Shown: in pieces, positions 1-9,247 of the stretch
Layout: each line of letters starts with the position of its first letter
Position numbering within the stretch: position 1 is the stretch's first letter
Assembly (NCBI GenBank): GCA_963713485.1
Contig: CAVQLW010000005.1
Location: forward strand, 196,052-260,051
DNA from: Candidatus Dormiibacterota bacterium
GTDB lineage: Bacteria > Chloroflexota > Dormibacteria > Aeolococcales > Aeolococcaceae
Reading direction: 5' to 3'
DNA: 64,000 bases
Program-made: the position numbers and the translations under genes
The notes under the pieces: model-generated
Seen by the model: the letters and a program-made list of their open reading frames with translations, nothing else
The model's database searches: none
What the model was told of the DNA's origin: nothing

Positions 1-49
1 GGGCACATTCCGCGATGCTGTGAGTCCGCAGCAAACGCAGGAGTGTTCG

Positions 50-934
50 ATGGAACTCGGCATCCACTTCATGAACTTCACCCTTCCGGGTGGGAACACC
101 GCTCTCGGACCGACGCTCGCCGCCACCGCGGAGGCGGCCGACGAGGTCGGCTGCACCACCTTCACGATGATGGACCACTGGTTTCAGATGGAAGGGTTCG
201 CCACGGCGCACGACCCGATGCTCGAGGGGTACACATCGCTCGGCTTCGTCGCGGGCCGGACCAAGCACATGACGCTCGGGCTCATGGTCACGGGCGTCAC
301 GTACCGCCACCCGGGTCTGCTGGCGAAGATCGTCACCACGCTCGACATCGTCTCGGGCGGGCGCGCGATGCTCGGCCTCGGAGCCGCATGGTACGAGCGC
401 GAGCACCTCGCCCTCGGCGTGCCGTATCCGCCCATCGCCGAGCGCTTCGAGCGGCTCGAGGAAACGCTGCAGATCTGCCGGCAGATGTGGAGCAACGACG
501 ATGGACCGTACGACGGCAAGCACTATCACCTCGCCGAGACGATCTGCGTCCCGCGGCCGATTCAGCAGCCGCGACCGAAGATCCTCATCGGCGGCGGTGG
601 CGAGCGCAAAACTCTGAAGTTTGTTGCGAGATATGGCGACGCGTGCAACCTCTTCGCGATGGGGCCCGATGCGGTCAAGCACAAGCTCGACGTGCTCGCG
701 GAGCACTGCGAAGCCGAGGGCCGTGATCCCGCGGAGATCAAGAAAACCATGCTGTATGCGGCGGATCCGACCATCGACCTCGACTCGTTCTTCCGAGACA
801 TGGAGGAGTACGCGAAGCTCGGCATCGATCTCGTGGAGGTGAGGGACGCGGCGCCGGATCCGCCCGCGAAGGTCAGAGAGTTGGGCGAAAAGGTGATCCC
901 ACGCCTATCGGAGATTGCAACGGCCGGCCGCTGA
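50..934 (+). CDS. LLM-class (luciferase-like) flavin/F420-dependent oxidoreductase
   Basis: The ORF runs 20..934. An internal Met (MELGIHF...) matches the usual N-terminus of luciferase-like monooxygenases. The TIM-barrel LLM family sequence is recognisable throughout. Confidence 0.75.
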   Translation: MELGIHFMNFTLPGGNTALGPTLAATAEAADEVGCTTFTMMDHWFQMEGFATAHDPMLEGYTSLGFVAGRTKHMTLGLMVTGVTYRHPGLLAKIVTTLDIVSGGRAMLGLGAAWYEREHLALGVPYPPIAERFERLEETLQICRQMWSNDDGPYDGKHYHLAETICVPRPIQQPRPKILIGGGGERKTLKFVARYGDACNLFAMGPDAVKHKLDVLAEHCEAEGRDPAEIKKTMLYAADPTIDLDSFFRDMEEYAKLGIDLVEVRDAAPDPPAKVRELGEKVIPRLSEIATAGR

Positions 935-965
935 CCACGGAACGGCCCGTCGTTCTCCTCCGTAT

Positions 966-985
966 ATGTGCTACAAATAGCACAT
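966..985. promoter_or_regulatory. Perfect inverted repeat ATGTGCTA-caaa-TAGCACAT overlapping the vapB start codon; putative antitoxin operator
   Basis: Read directly from the sequence: 8-bp arms with a 4-nt spacer, ending at the ATG of the antitoxin. Confidence 0.5.
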
Positions 986-1259
986 GGAGACGGTGGGTGT
1001 GCGTGAGCTTCGCCAGCGCGCAAGCGAGCTGCTGAGACAGGTGGAGGGTGGCGCGACCATCGAGATCACCGATCGGGGGCGGCCGGTCGCGTTGCTCAGC
1101 CCTTTGCCCGAAGCCGGTCCGCTCCAGCGGCTCCGGTCGAGCGGCGATATTCGGGCCGCGGAGGTTGTGCTACGTGACCTGCCCGAGCCCCTGCCGCTGA
1201 AACCAGGACAGGAGCCGCCCTCGGTCGTGCTGCAGCGCCTGCGACGCGATGAACGCTGA
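984..1259 (+). CDS. vapB: Type II antitoxin, Phd/YefM family (VapB-like)
   Basis: A 91-aa protein with the ...RELRQRASELLRQVEGG...ITDRGRPVALL motif typical of Phd/YefM antitoxins. Its 3' end overlaps the downstream PIN-domain gene. Confidence 0.8.
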   Translation: METVGVRELRQRASELLRQVEGGATIEITDRGRPVALLSPLPEAGPLQRLRSSGDIRAAEVVLRDLPEPLPLKPGQEPPSVVLQRLRRDER

Positions 1260-1650
1260 GCGGGCAACCTACCTGAACTCATCCGCGATTGTGAAGCTGG
1301 TCATCGAGGAGGATGAGTCGGCGGCGCTGCGACGATACCTGCGCTCGCGCCGACCCTGGGTGTCGAGCGCGCTTGCCCGAACAGAAGTCGGCAGGGCCCT
1401 GCTGCCGTTTGGACGGCCAGCGCTTGCGCGGGGGGACGACGTCCTGGCTCGGCTGGAGCTCGTGCGTTTGTCCGACCGGCTGCTGGTCGCTGCGGCTCGC
1501 CTACTGCCGGCAGAGCTGCGCTCGCTCGACGCCATCCACCTCGCTGCGGCGGGTCAGCTGGGCGGCGATCTCGCCCGCGTGGTCACTTACGACGAGCGGA
1601 TGGCCTCTGCGGCCAGGGCCATGGGCTGGACTGTCGCGGCTCCATCGTGA
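1249..1650 (+). CDS. vapC: PIN-domain ribonuclease toxin VapC
   Basis: A 133-aa protein with the PIN-domain fold pattern and acidic residues. It overlaps the antitoxin stop by 11 nt. Confidence 0.8.
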   Translation: MNAERATYLNSSAIVKLVIEEDESAALRRYLRSRRPWVSSALARTEVGRALLPFGRPALARGDDVLARLELVRLSDRLLVAAARLLPAELRSLDAIHLAAAGQLGGDLARVVTYDERMASAARAMGWTVAAPS

Positions 1651-1737
1651 ATCTGACGGCCGATCACCGCACCGCCAAGGGGTGGGGCATGACAAACCTG
1701 CAACCGGCGGGAGTGGTCGCGGACTGGAACGGAGAAT

Positions 1738-1899
1738 GTGCCATGCCTCCTGCCCATCACGCTGGCCGCCCTCGTGCTGACCGGCTACGGCGTCGTAGCC
1801 CTCGTGGTACTCATCGGGTATGTCTTTCTCCATGTGTTCCTCACGGTGCTTGTCCAGACCGTTCTACTTCCACGAGCACGCCGCAGAGCAGGGCGCTGA
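1738..1899 (+). CDS. Candidate small hydrophobic protein (53 aa, GTG start; VPCLLPITLAALVLTGYGVVALVVLIGYVFLHVFLTVLVQTVLLPRARRRAGR)
   Basis: Not in the supplied ORF track. GGAG lies 5-8 nt upstream of a GTG. The product has two predicted TM segments and a basic C-terminus. Codon usage is atypical (ttt, tat, cta, gta) in a locally lower-GC stretch. Confidence 0.25.
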   Translation: MPCLLPITLAALVLTGYGVVALVVLIGYVFLHVFLTVLVQTVLLPRARRRAGR

Positions 1900-1932
1900 A
1901 TCGGAACCGTCAAGCGCTCCATGAAAGGGCCG

Positions 1933-2008
1933 TGGTGGTCAGCGGGGGACTCGAACCCTCGACCTCGCGGATGTGAACCGCGCGCTCTAACCAGCTGAGC
2001 TAGCTGAC
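1933..2008 (-). tRNA. tRNA-Val (anticodon CAC)
   Basis: A cloverleaf folded by eye on the minus strand. Acceptor stem GGTCAGC/GCTGACC; D-arm GCTC..GAGC; anticodon stem CGCGG/CCGCG with loop TTCACAT; T-arm GAGGG-TTCGAGT-CCCCC with one A-C mismatch; encoded 3' ACCA. Confidence 0.8.
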
Positions 2009-2025
2009 CTCTCGCACGAGTCTAG

Positions 2026-2406
2026 TCAGGCGCCGGCCTGTGCCGAGTACGCGGCCTCGTCCATGAGGTCGCCCGCGGCGCTTGCGTTGTCGAGGCGGAG
2101 CATCCAGCCGTCGCCGTACGGATCGGAGTTCACCAGCTCGGGATGGTCCGTCAACGCGGCGTTGACCTCGGCCACCGTCCCGCCCACCGGGGCGTACAGG
2201 TCGGAGGCGGCCTTCACCGATTCGATGGCGCCGAATCTCGCGCCGGCCGTCAGCGTCGCCCCCACCTCGGGAAGCTCGAGAAAGATCACGTCGCCGAGCT
2301 GTGCCTGGGCGTGATCGGTGATCCCCACGGTGGCCGTCGAGCCTTCGACGCGCACCCACTCGTGGCTCGCGGTGAACCGGTATGCGGAGAGATCGGCCAC
2401 GTTCAC
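2026..2406 (-). CDS. gcvH: Glycine cleavage system H protein
   Basis: Carries the lipoyl-lysine motif ESVKAASD and the conserved GITDHAQ..LGD region. The GTG start overlaps the gcvT stop (GTGA). Confidence 0.9.
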   Translation of the reverse strand: MNVADLSAYRFTASHEWVRVEGSTATVGITDHAQAQLGDVIFLELPEVGATLTAGARFGAIESVKAASDLYAPVGGTVAEVNAALTDHPELVNSDPYGDGWMLRLDNASAAGDLMDEAAYSAQAGA

Positions 2407-3489
2407 GCTCCCTTGGGGCGGCGATAGAAGGGAAGGGGCACGACCGCCGCCGCCGCGAAGGTGCCTCTGATGTCGATCGAGAGCTCGGCGTCGGGAGCCA
2501 CGTCGCCGTCGAGCGAAGCGGTTGCGATCGAGTGCTCGAGCGTGAAGCTATAGGTGCCGCTCGTGATCTCGCCGGCCGGCCTGCCGTCGGCGAGGACGAC
2601 CTGACCGTGGCGGGCGATGGCGCGGCCCTCGGGGGCGAGGCCGACGAACCGGCGCGGCGGATGGGCACGGTCGATCCCCGCCAGCGCCGAGCGACCGATG
2701 AACTCCCCCTTGCCGGGCTTCACCGTCCAGCCGAGCGCGCAGCTGTACGGGTCGGTGCTGTCGTCCATGTCCTGCCCGTAGAGGCGAAGGCCGGCCTCGA
2801 GGCGCAGGGTGTCGCGTGCGCCGAGCCCGCACGGGATCATCCCCTCGGACGCGCCGGCCTCCAGCAGCGCGTCCCAGAGCCCGGGAGCCTCGGGCGCATC
2901 CACGTACAGCTCGAAGCCGTCCTCGCCCGTGTAGCCGGTTCTCGAGACCGCGGCGTGGACCCCGGCGACGCTCGTGTCCTTGAAGTGGAAGGGCTCGACG
3001 TCGCTGACGTCGTCCGCGGCAAGCCCGCTCACCACCGCGACCGCGCGTGGTCCCTGCACCGCCAGCAGCGCGAGGTCGTCGCTGAGGTCGGTGAACGTCG
3101 CGTCGCCGGTGTGCTGACGCATCCACGCGACATCCTTTGCCCTGCAGGCGGCGTTGATCACGATCATGTAGCCGCCAGGATCGCGGTTGACGATGACATC
3201 GTCGACGATGCCGCCCGCCTCGTTGCACATCACGGCATAGAGGGCGCCGCCGATCTCGAGCCGGGACACGTCGTTGGTCACGATTCGCTGCACGGCATCG
3301 AGCGCGGCATCCCCGGTGATCCGCACCTCCCCCATGTGCGAAAGGTCGAAGAGACCGCACCGGGTTCGCACGGCGATGTGCTCGTCGCGGATGCTCGAAT
3401 ACTGCAGCGGCATGTCGAAACCGCCGAACTCGACCATGCGCGCCCCTGCGGCGACGTGCCTGTCGTAAAGGGAAGTCCGCGCAGCCATG
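2403..3489 (-). CDS. gcvT: Glycine cleavage system T protein (aminomethyltransferase)
   Basis: The N-terminus MAARTSLYDRHVAAGARMVEFGGFDMPLQYSSI...LFDLSHMG is the GcvT signature. The supplied ORF 2403..4145 carries a non-coding upstream extension, so the start is placed at the ATG at 3489. Confidence 0.9.
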
Positions 3490-3525
3490 GGCTCGCGAGT
3501 GTAGTACGTTCCCAGACCCGTTCCC

Positions 3526-5979
3526 ATGATCATTGCCCTCATCGTGGTGGCGGCCGTCGTGGTCGTCCTCTGTCTCGCCCTGCTGGTCGCGCGCCATCGC
3601 CTCCTCGGCGTGTCCGCGCCCAAGCTCCGCGGGAAGCTCACCCTCCCCGGCCTGACCGCCCCCGTCGTGGTGGGCCGCGACCGCTGGGGCGTGCCCCACG
3701 TCTCAGCGGTGTCGATGGAGGACGCGGCCTTCGCGATGGGGGTCGCCCACGCGCAGGACCGCCTCTGGCAGATGGAGGTCACCCGGCGGGTGGCGACCGG
3801 CCGGATCAGCGAGATCGTCGGACTGGAGGGCGTCAACATCGACCGCTTCGTCCGCCGGGTCGGCCTGCACCGCGTCGCGCGCGACGAGGAGCTCCGCCTC
3901 GGCCCGGAGCCGCGCCGGATGCTCAAGGCGTACGCGGCGGGGGTCAACGGCATCGCGTCCTCGGGACGCCCGCTCCCGCTCGAATTCCGGCTCCTCGGCG
4001 TGACGCCGGAGCCCTGGGAGCCGATGCACAGCCTGGCGGCGCTCAAGCTGCTCGCTCTCGGTCTGAGCATGAACTGGGACGCGGAGCTGCAGCGCCTGGA
4101 GCTGCTCCGCGCCATCGGCCCGGAGCACGCCGCCCGTCTCGACATCGTCTACCCGGACGCGAACCCCACGATCCTCGCCGCAACGCTCCGCGCATCGGGA
4201 GGTGCCGAGAGCCGCTCTCAACTCCTCGCGATGTTCCGCGAGGCCGCCCGCTGGATCCCCACCGCCGGCGGGATGAGCAACTCCTGGGTGGTGTCCGGCG
4301 AACGCTCGGTGACGGGGAGGCCGATCCTCTGCAACGACCCCCACCTCGTGCCGGGGATGCCCTCGATCTGGTACGCGGCGCACATCCAGGCCGGCGAGGA
4401 CTTCGAATCGACCGGCGTCACGATGCCGGGGCTGCCCTTCGTGATCATCGGCCACAACAAGCGCGTGGCATGGGGATTCACGAATTCCTTCGCCGACTGC
4501 CAGGACCTCGTCATCGAGGAGTTCGACACGCCGGCGGGTGAGCGGTTCCGCACCGAGCGCGGGTTCGAGCCGACGCGGCGGCTCCGCGAGATCATCCACG
4601 TCAAGAACTCCTCGGACGTGCTCGAGGAGGTGGTGATCACCCGCCACGGTCCCGTGGTCGAACGGATCGAGGACCCGGAACGGTCGATCTGGCGCGGCCT
4701 CGCGCTCCAGTGGACCGCGCTGCAGCCGGGTGGCGGCGCGGAGGGCCTGCTGCGTCTGCAGCGCGCCGGTGACTGGAGGAGCTTCCGTGAGGCGTTCGTC
4801 CCCTTCGACGCTCCATCCCAGAACGTGGTGTACGCGGACGTCGACGGCCACATCGGCTACCTCCTCTCCGGTCGCATCCCGGTGCGGAAGAGCAAGCCGA
4901 GCGGGCTGCCCGTCCAGGGATGGACCGGCGACGCGGTGTGGAACCGGTACCTCACCCCTGACGAGATGCCCCACGTGCTCGATCCGCCGGAGCAGCTGAT
5001 CATCACGGCGAACAACCGCATCGTCGGCGATAACTTCCCCTACTACATCGGGGCGGATTACATGTCCGGGTACCGTGCGCTCCGCCTCGGCGAGCTCCTG
5101 TCGGAACGGGTGATGGACCTCGCGTACATGGCCCGGGTGCAGATGGACATCGTCTGCCCACCCGCCCGGGACGTGGTCCGCCTGCTCGGTGCGATGCGCT
5201 GCACGACCCCGGTCGCCGAGGGTGCGCGGCGCCGCCTGGCGGCATGGGATGCGGTGATGGATCCGCACCGGGTCGAGCCGACGATCTACGAGGCGTTCAT
5301 GGGCCGCCTCGCCGAGCACTCCCTGAGCCCGGTGTGCGGCAACGCCTGGCGGATCCTCGCCGGCGTCGATCTGAGCCACCCCGTCTTCCAGTACCCGGGC
5401 AACCTGGTCGGCCGGCTCACGCCATCGCTCATCGAGCGGTGGGAGCTCGGTGACGACGGGCTCTTCGAGGGGATCACGACGTGGGCCGAGGTGATCAACA
5501 AGTCGCTGGAGGATGCGATGACCGACCTCCGGAGCCGCCTCGGCCGCCGAATGCGGCGATGGTCATGGGGTCGCGTCCACCGGCTCGAGCTGATCCACGC
5601 CTTCGGGCGGCGCCGCGGCCTCGGCGTGCTCTTCAACGCCCGGGCGATCCGGGTGGGCGGCAACACCGACACCGTGCTCGCGACCTCGGAGGTGCCCGGG
5701 CAGGCCTTCGAGACCCGCCTCTCGGCGCCCTCTTGGCGGCAGGTGCTCGACGTCGGCAGGTGGGACGCGTCCGGGGGCATCCACGTGCCGGGACAGTCCG
5801 GTCAGCCGGGATCGCGCCACTACCGCGACCTCTCACGCCGCTGGCGGACCAACCGTCAGTTCCCGCTCTACTGGAGCGCCCCGGAGCTGCGCCGCCATGC
5901 GCGGGCGCGCCTGACCATCTCCCCGGCCTCCCCGGCGCCGGGAGCGCACGAGGCAGGAGGGCGGGCATCAGGCGGCTGA
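3526..5979 (+). CDS. Penicillin acylase family protein (Ntn-hydrolase S45; possible acyl-homoserine-lactone/beta-lactam acylase), N-terminal membrane anchor
   Basis: An 817-aa protein with the penicillin amidase family pattern. It has an N-terminal TM helix, the processing-site region and a SNSW motif, consistent with a catalytic N-terminal Ser of the beta subunit. Confidence 0.8.
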   Translation: MIIALIVVAAVVVVLCLALLVARHRLLGVSAPKLRGKLTLPGLTAPVVVGRDRWGVPHVSAVSMEDAAFAMGVAHAQDRLWQMEVTRRVATGRISEIVGLEGVNIDRFVRRVGLHRVARDEELRLGPEPRRMLKAYAAGVNGIASSGRPLPLEFRLLGVTPEPWEPMHSLAALKLLALGLSMNWDAELQRLELLRAIGPEHAARLDIVYPDANPTILAATLRASGGAESRSQLLAMFREAARWIPTAGGMSNSWVVSGERSVTGRPILCNDPHLVPGMPSIWYAAHIQAGEDFESTGVTMPGLPFVIIGHNKRVAWGFTNSFADCQDLVIEEFDTPAGERFRTERGFEPTRRLREIIHVKNSSDVLEEVVITRHGPVVERIEDPERSIWRGLALQWTALQPGGGAEGLLRLQRAGDWRSFREAFVPFDAPSQNVVYADVDGHIGYLLSGRIPVRKSKPSGLPVQGWTGDAVWNRYLTPDEMPHVLDPPEQLIITANNRIVGDNFPYYIGADYMSGYRALRLGELLSERVMDLAYMARVQMDIVCPPARDVVRLLGAMRCTTPVAEGARRRLAAWDAVMDPHRVEPTIYEAFMGRLAEHSLSPVCGNAWRILAGVDLSHPVFQYPGNLVGRLTPSLIERWELGDDGLFEGITTWAEVINKSLEDAMTDLRSRLGRRMRRWSWGRVHRLELIHAFGRRRGLGVLFNARAIRVGGNTDTVLATSEVPGQAFETRLSAPSWRQVLDVGRWDASGGIHVPGQSGQPGSRHYRDLSRRWRTNRQFPLYWSAPELRRHARARLTISPASPAPGAHEAGGRASGG

Positions 5980-6635
5980 GCCGCGCCGGCGAGCTCGGGA
6001 TCGTTCGGGGCTGCTGCCTCGGCCTCATCCTGCTCGTGGTGATCGTGGGTGGCTCCGCGTTCCTCGCCGATCGAGCCCTCGCCGCCCCGGACCTCGGGGC
6101 TCCACCCGCCGGGCCGTCGCACGGGAGCAGCGAGACCGGCATCGCCGCCGCCCTCGGTGGTCAGATGGCCGGGGAGCTGATCGTCGGAGGCCACGGTGTG
6201 GTGACCCTCAGCGAGCAGGACCTGACCGTGCTCGCGGTCGCGAACAACCCGCATCCCGACCAGTACCGTGAGATCGAGGTGCGGGTGCGGTCCGGTCTCG
6301 TCGTCGCCTCCGCGCGGATCGCCGCGGGACCGTTCACGCCGACGGTGGTTGCGCACATCGCCCTCGCATTGCGCCCGGGACCGCATGGTCCGGTGATCGC
6401 CGCCCAGGTGCCGGAGGTGGACGTCGGCCTCCTCGGGCTGCCGGGCTTCGCCGGATCCGGTCTCGTGAACGAGATCGACGCGGCGCTGTCACTCGACCGG
6501 CTCTTCGCGTTCGACCCGCGGCTGAGCCCGCTGCGCGATGACATCGAATGCGTCGCGGTGGTGCCGGGCGGCGTCGCGGTCGGCGTTCACGACCCGGGAG
6601 TTCCTGCCGACCCAGCCTCGTGCGGCGGACCGTGA
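5976..6635 (+). CDS. Hypothetical membrane-anchored protein (start uncertain; CTG at 5976 or GTG at 6036)
   Basis: The reading frame stays open from inside the acylase gene. The protein-like portion begins at a TM helix (GCCLGLILLVVIVGG) immediately after the acylase stop. No recognisable family. Confidence 0.4.
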   Translation: MSRAGELGIVRGCCLGLILLVVIVGGSAFLADRALAAPDLGAPPAGPSHGSSETGIAAALGGQMAGELIVGGHGVVTLSEQDLTVLAVANNPHPDQYREIEVRVRSGLVVASARIAAGPFTPTVVAHIALALRPGPHGPVIAAQVPEVDVGLLGLPGFAGSGLVNEIDAALSLDRLFAFDPRLSPLRDDIECVAVVPGGVAVGVHDPGVPADPASCGGP

Positions 6636-6649
6636 CAGCGGTCTGAGGG

Positions 6650-8386
6650 TCAGTGCCCCGGCGACTGCACCGGCGGCGCGGTGATCGCGAGGGCGAATGC
6701 CGCGTGGCTCTGCACCTGCGGGTAGTTGCCGAGCGGCGTGTGTGTCGCCGGTTCGGCGACCTCGCCGTAGAGCCCGAGCGGGCTGCGCGTGCCGAGAGCC
6801 GCTTCGAGCCATCGCGAGCCGTCGCGCCCGGTGGCCGGGAGCGCCGCGGCTAGCCAGAACGTCGGGAACACGAATGGCGCGCACGGATCGGTGAGCGTGT
6901 CCGGCTGGCCCTCGTACCGGTCGACGAGCCCGCCCCGGTCAAGCCGCTCGACGATCAGATCGAGGGTGGGGGCGACGCGGTGGCGAAGGGCGTCCAGTCC
7001 GCCGATGAGCGCGATCTGGGCGAGGGCCGCGTCGGCGCCGCCGCCGTCGAGGCGCAGCTGCAGCGCGCCGCCGGTCGTGCCGAGGCTCTCGACGACCTCG
7101 GAAGCCGCACGGCGCCACGCGGCCCCGTCGCCGTCGACCAAGCCGCGCGCGGCAAGATCCGCGGCGCCGGCGAGCCCACTGGCGGCGGTGATCAGCGAAT
7201 GGGTGTAGTGGCGGGGTGCGCCCCGGATCTCCCAGATGCCGTTATCGGGGTCGCGCCGGTGCTCGGTCAGCCAGTCGGCGAGGATGGGGACGGCGGCGCG
7301 CAACTCGCCGGGCATCGCGGACATGCCCGCCAGTGAGGTGGCGAGCTCGATCACCTCGCCCGGCACGTCGAGCTGTGCCTGTCCTGCCGCCGCATTCCCG
7401 ATGCGCACCGGCCTGGCCCCGCCGTATCCGGCGAGTGAGGGGATCTCCTGCTCCGCAGGCGGATCGCCGCCGTCGACGCGGACCAGCGGCACGGGCCCGT
7501 GCTCGCCGATGACCCTGCCGATGAAGCCGCCGAGGTCTCGCGCCGCGTCGACCATGCCGAGGCGGAGCATCGCGATCGCCGCGAGCGACGAATCGCGCAA
7601 CCAGGAGTACCGGTAGTCCCACGTCCTCGCCGAACCCGGCCACTGCGGGAGCGACGTGGTCGGCGCGGCGACGATGCCGCCGCCGCGTTGGCGCAATCCG
7701 GCGAGCACCGCGGCCGTGGTGCCGAGGAGCTCGCGCAACGTCGTTTCGTCGGTTCGCGATGTTCCGCCGAGGGAGAGGGACGCAAGTTCGGGGACGATCC
7801 GCCGCCACTCGAGGAGGGTGCGGTCGATGCCGGACGCGCTGGAGTCGGTCCCCGGGGCACCAAGGGTCACCGCCACCGGGCTGCCCGCCGGCACGACGAA
7901 CCTGCAGACGAAGACCCCGTTCTCCTCCGTCCAGGTCGACGGTGCCCGCGCCACCAGAGGCCCGCCGCCGCCAACCTCGAGAACCTTCCCGTTGGTGCGC
8001 ACCGTGAGCCCACGGCCGGGCCATGCCGACGCGCGGAATCCGACCTCCACGGCGATGTCGCCACCGTCGGAGCGCAGCCGTCGCACGAGGACCGCTCGGT
8101 CGCCGAGGTCGAGCGCGTCGTCGACGATCAGCCGAGCATCGCCGGCGTCCCATGTCGTTTCGAGCACGAGGGATCGCGAGTGATAGCGACGCGAGACGAC
8201 GGTCGCCCCTGCGCGCGCAGGTCGGACGTGGAATTCGCCGCCCCGCTCGCCGTCGAGGATCGAGAACAGCATCGGTGTCGAGTCGACGCGCGGCCAGCAG
8301 AGCCACGCGACGCTGCCGTCCGGATCGACGAGGGCCGCGGTTCTCGAATCCGCGAGCAGCGCGTGCGCGCCGATCGGATGCAGCAT
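6650..8386 (-). CDS. Glycoside hydrolase family 15 protein (glucoamylase/trehalase-like)
   Basis: Carries the WDYRYSWLRD signature and an (alpha/alpha)6-barrel GH15 pattern. 578 aa. Confidence 0.8.
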   Translation of the reverse strand: MLHPIGAHALLADSRTAALVDPDGSVAWLCWPRVDSTPMLFSILDGERGGEFHVRPARAGATVVSRRYHSRSLVLETTWDAGDARLIVDDALDLGDRAVLVRRLRSDGGDIAVEVGFRASAWPGRGLTVRTNGKVLEVGGGGPLVARAPSTWTEENGVFVCRFVVPAGSPVAVTLGAPGTDSSASGIDRTLLEWRRIVPELASLSLGGTSRTDETTLRELLGTTAAVLAGLRQRGGGIVAAPTTSLPQWPGSARTWDYRYSWLRDSSLAAIAMLRLGMVDAARDLGGFIGRVIGEHGPVPLVRVDGGDPPAEQEIPSLAGYGGARPVRIGNAAAGQAQLDVPGEVIELATSLAGMSAMPGELRAAVPILADWLTEHRRDPDNGIWEIRGAPRHYTHSLITAASGLAGAADLAARGLVDGDGAAWRRAASEVVESLGTTGGALQLRLDGGGADAALAQIALIGGLDALRHRVAPTLDLIVERLDRGGLVDRYEGQPDTLTDPCAPFVFPTFWLAAALPATGRDGSRWLEAALGTRSPLGLYGEVAEPATHTPLGNYPQVQSHAAFALAITAPPVQSPGH

Positions 8387-8770
8387 CCGGTCAGCCTAGA
8401 GGACGGCCGGGACCCCTGCGGCGATCGAGCGAAACGTGCTGCCGCGCGTGGAACGTGCCCGCGCGATTTGCTCAGCAGAACTCTCGTGCGATCTCTACGG
8501 TCAGGCTTTCGCCCCGGAGACGGCGCCGAATTGAAGAACAGTATACCGCACTTCGTGAGATCGGTCAAGGATTTCGTTGGTGAGTGTGGACGTTCTGGGA
8601 AAACGTCCTCCCTGAGGAGTTCTGTGACTTCGTCCCTCATGGAGGACAGCATCACCTTGAGACGATCGGATTTCGTTTGGTGAGGCTGGTCGGCGTGGTG
8701 AGATCACGCCGTCGTGCGACAGGTGTGTGACCGTCGATCGCCATGAGCGCCGGGCGGCGACGATGACGAG

Positions 8771-9241
8771 GTGAGAATGCTGTGGAGGGTCGTGCCGGGG
8801 ACTGTGTGCGCGACCGGTGCGGCGGTCATGTTCGTGGCTGCATTCCTGCCGTACACAGGGGGTAATTGGGGCGACGGGTTCAACGCTCCCAGCCAGGTCA
8901 CGATGAGCATCATCAGTGGCTCCGACGTCTGGTTCGTGCTCGGTACCGTCGTCATCCTGGGCGTCGCCGCCGCATGTCACCTGGGGGGAATTCGACGCCA
9001 AAGCGCAGGCTTCATCGCGCTGGCCGCATCGCTCGTGGCGCTCGGACTGGCACTCAAACTCCCTGGAACGTGGAAGCAGGACGGCGTGGTGTACGGAGAG
9101 CCCTATCTCCTGTTTGCCGGCTTCTACGTGTTGCTCGGCGGCGCGGTGACGGCGGTCGTGGGCGCGCTGCTGATGGTCGTCACCGGTGGCGTGGGGTTCT
9201 CTCGAAAGGCCGCAGCCCCGATGTCCCCGTCCCCCTCCTGA
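8771..9241 (+). CDS. Hypothetical integral membrane protein (about 4 TM)
   Basis: Hydrophobic segments only. No recognisable family. Confidence 0.5.
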   Translation: MRMLWRVVPGTVCATGAAVMFVAAFLPYTGGNWGDGFNAPSQVTMSIISGSDVWFVLGTVVILGVAAACHLGGIRRQSAGFIALAASLVALGLALKLPGTWKQDGVVYGEPYLLFAGFYVLLGGAVTAVVGALLMVVTGGVGFSRKAAAPMSPSPS

Positions 9242-9247
9242 TCGGGC

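Noticed and set aside
3490-3525. Possible glycine riboswitch upstream of gcvT
   Set aside because: Only 36 nt separate the gcvT start from the divergent acylase gene. A tandem-aptamer glycine riboswitch needs more than 150 nt.
2382-4541. Very long ORFs in the supplied track with Arg/Ala/Gly-rich translations (for example 2382..4541+, 3703..5379-, 10582..12495-, 23411..24751-, 31542..33893+, 40735..43527+, 55022..57019-)
   Set aside because: They run antisense to, or out of frame with, clearly homologous genes and have low-complexity Arg-rich composition. These are typical open-frame artefacts of 70% GC DNA and are not reported as CDS.
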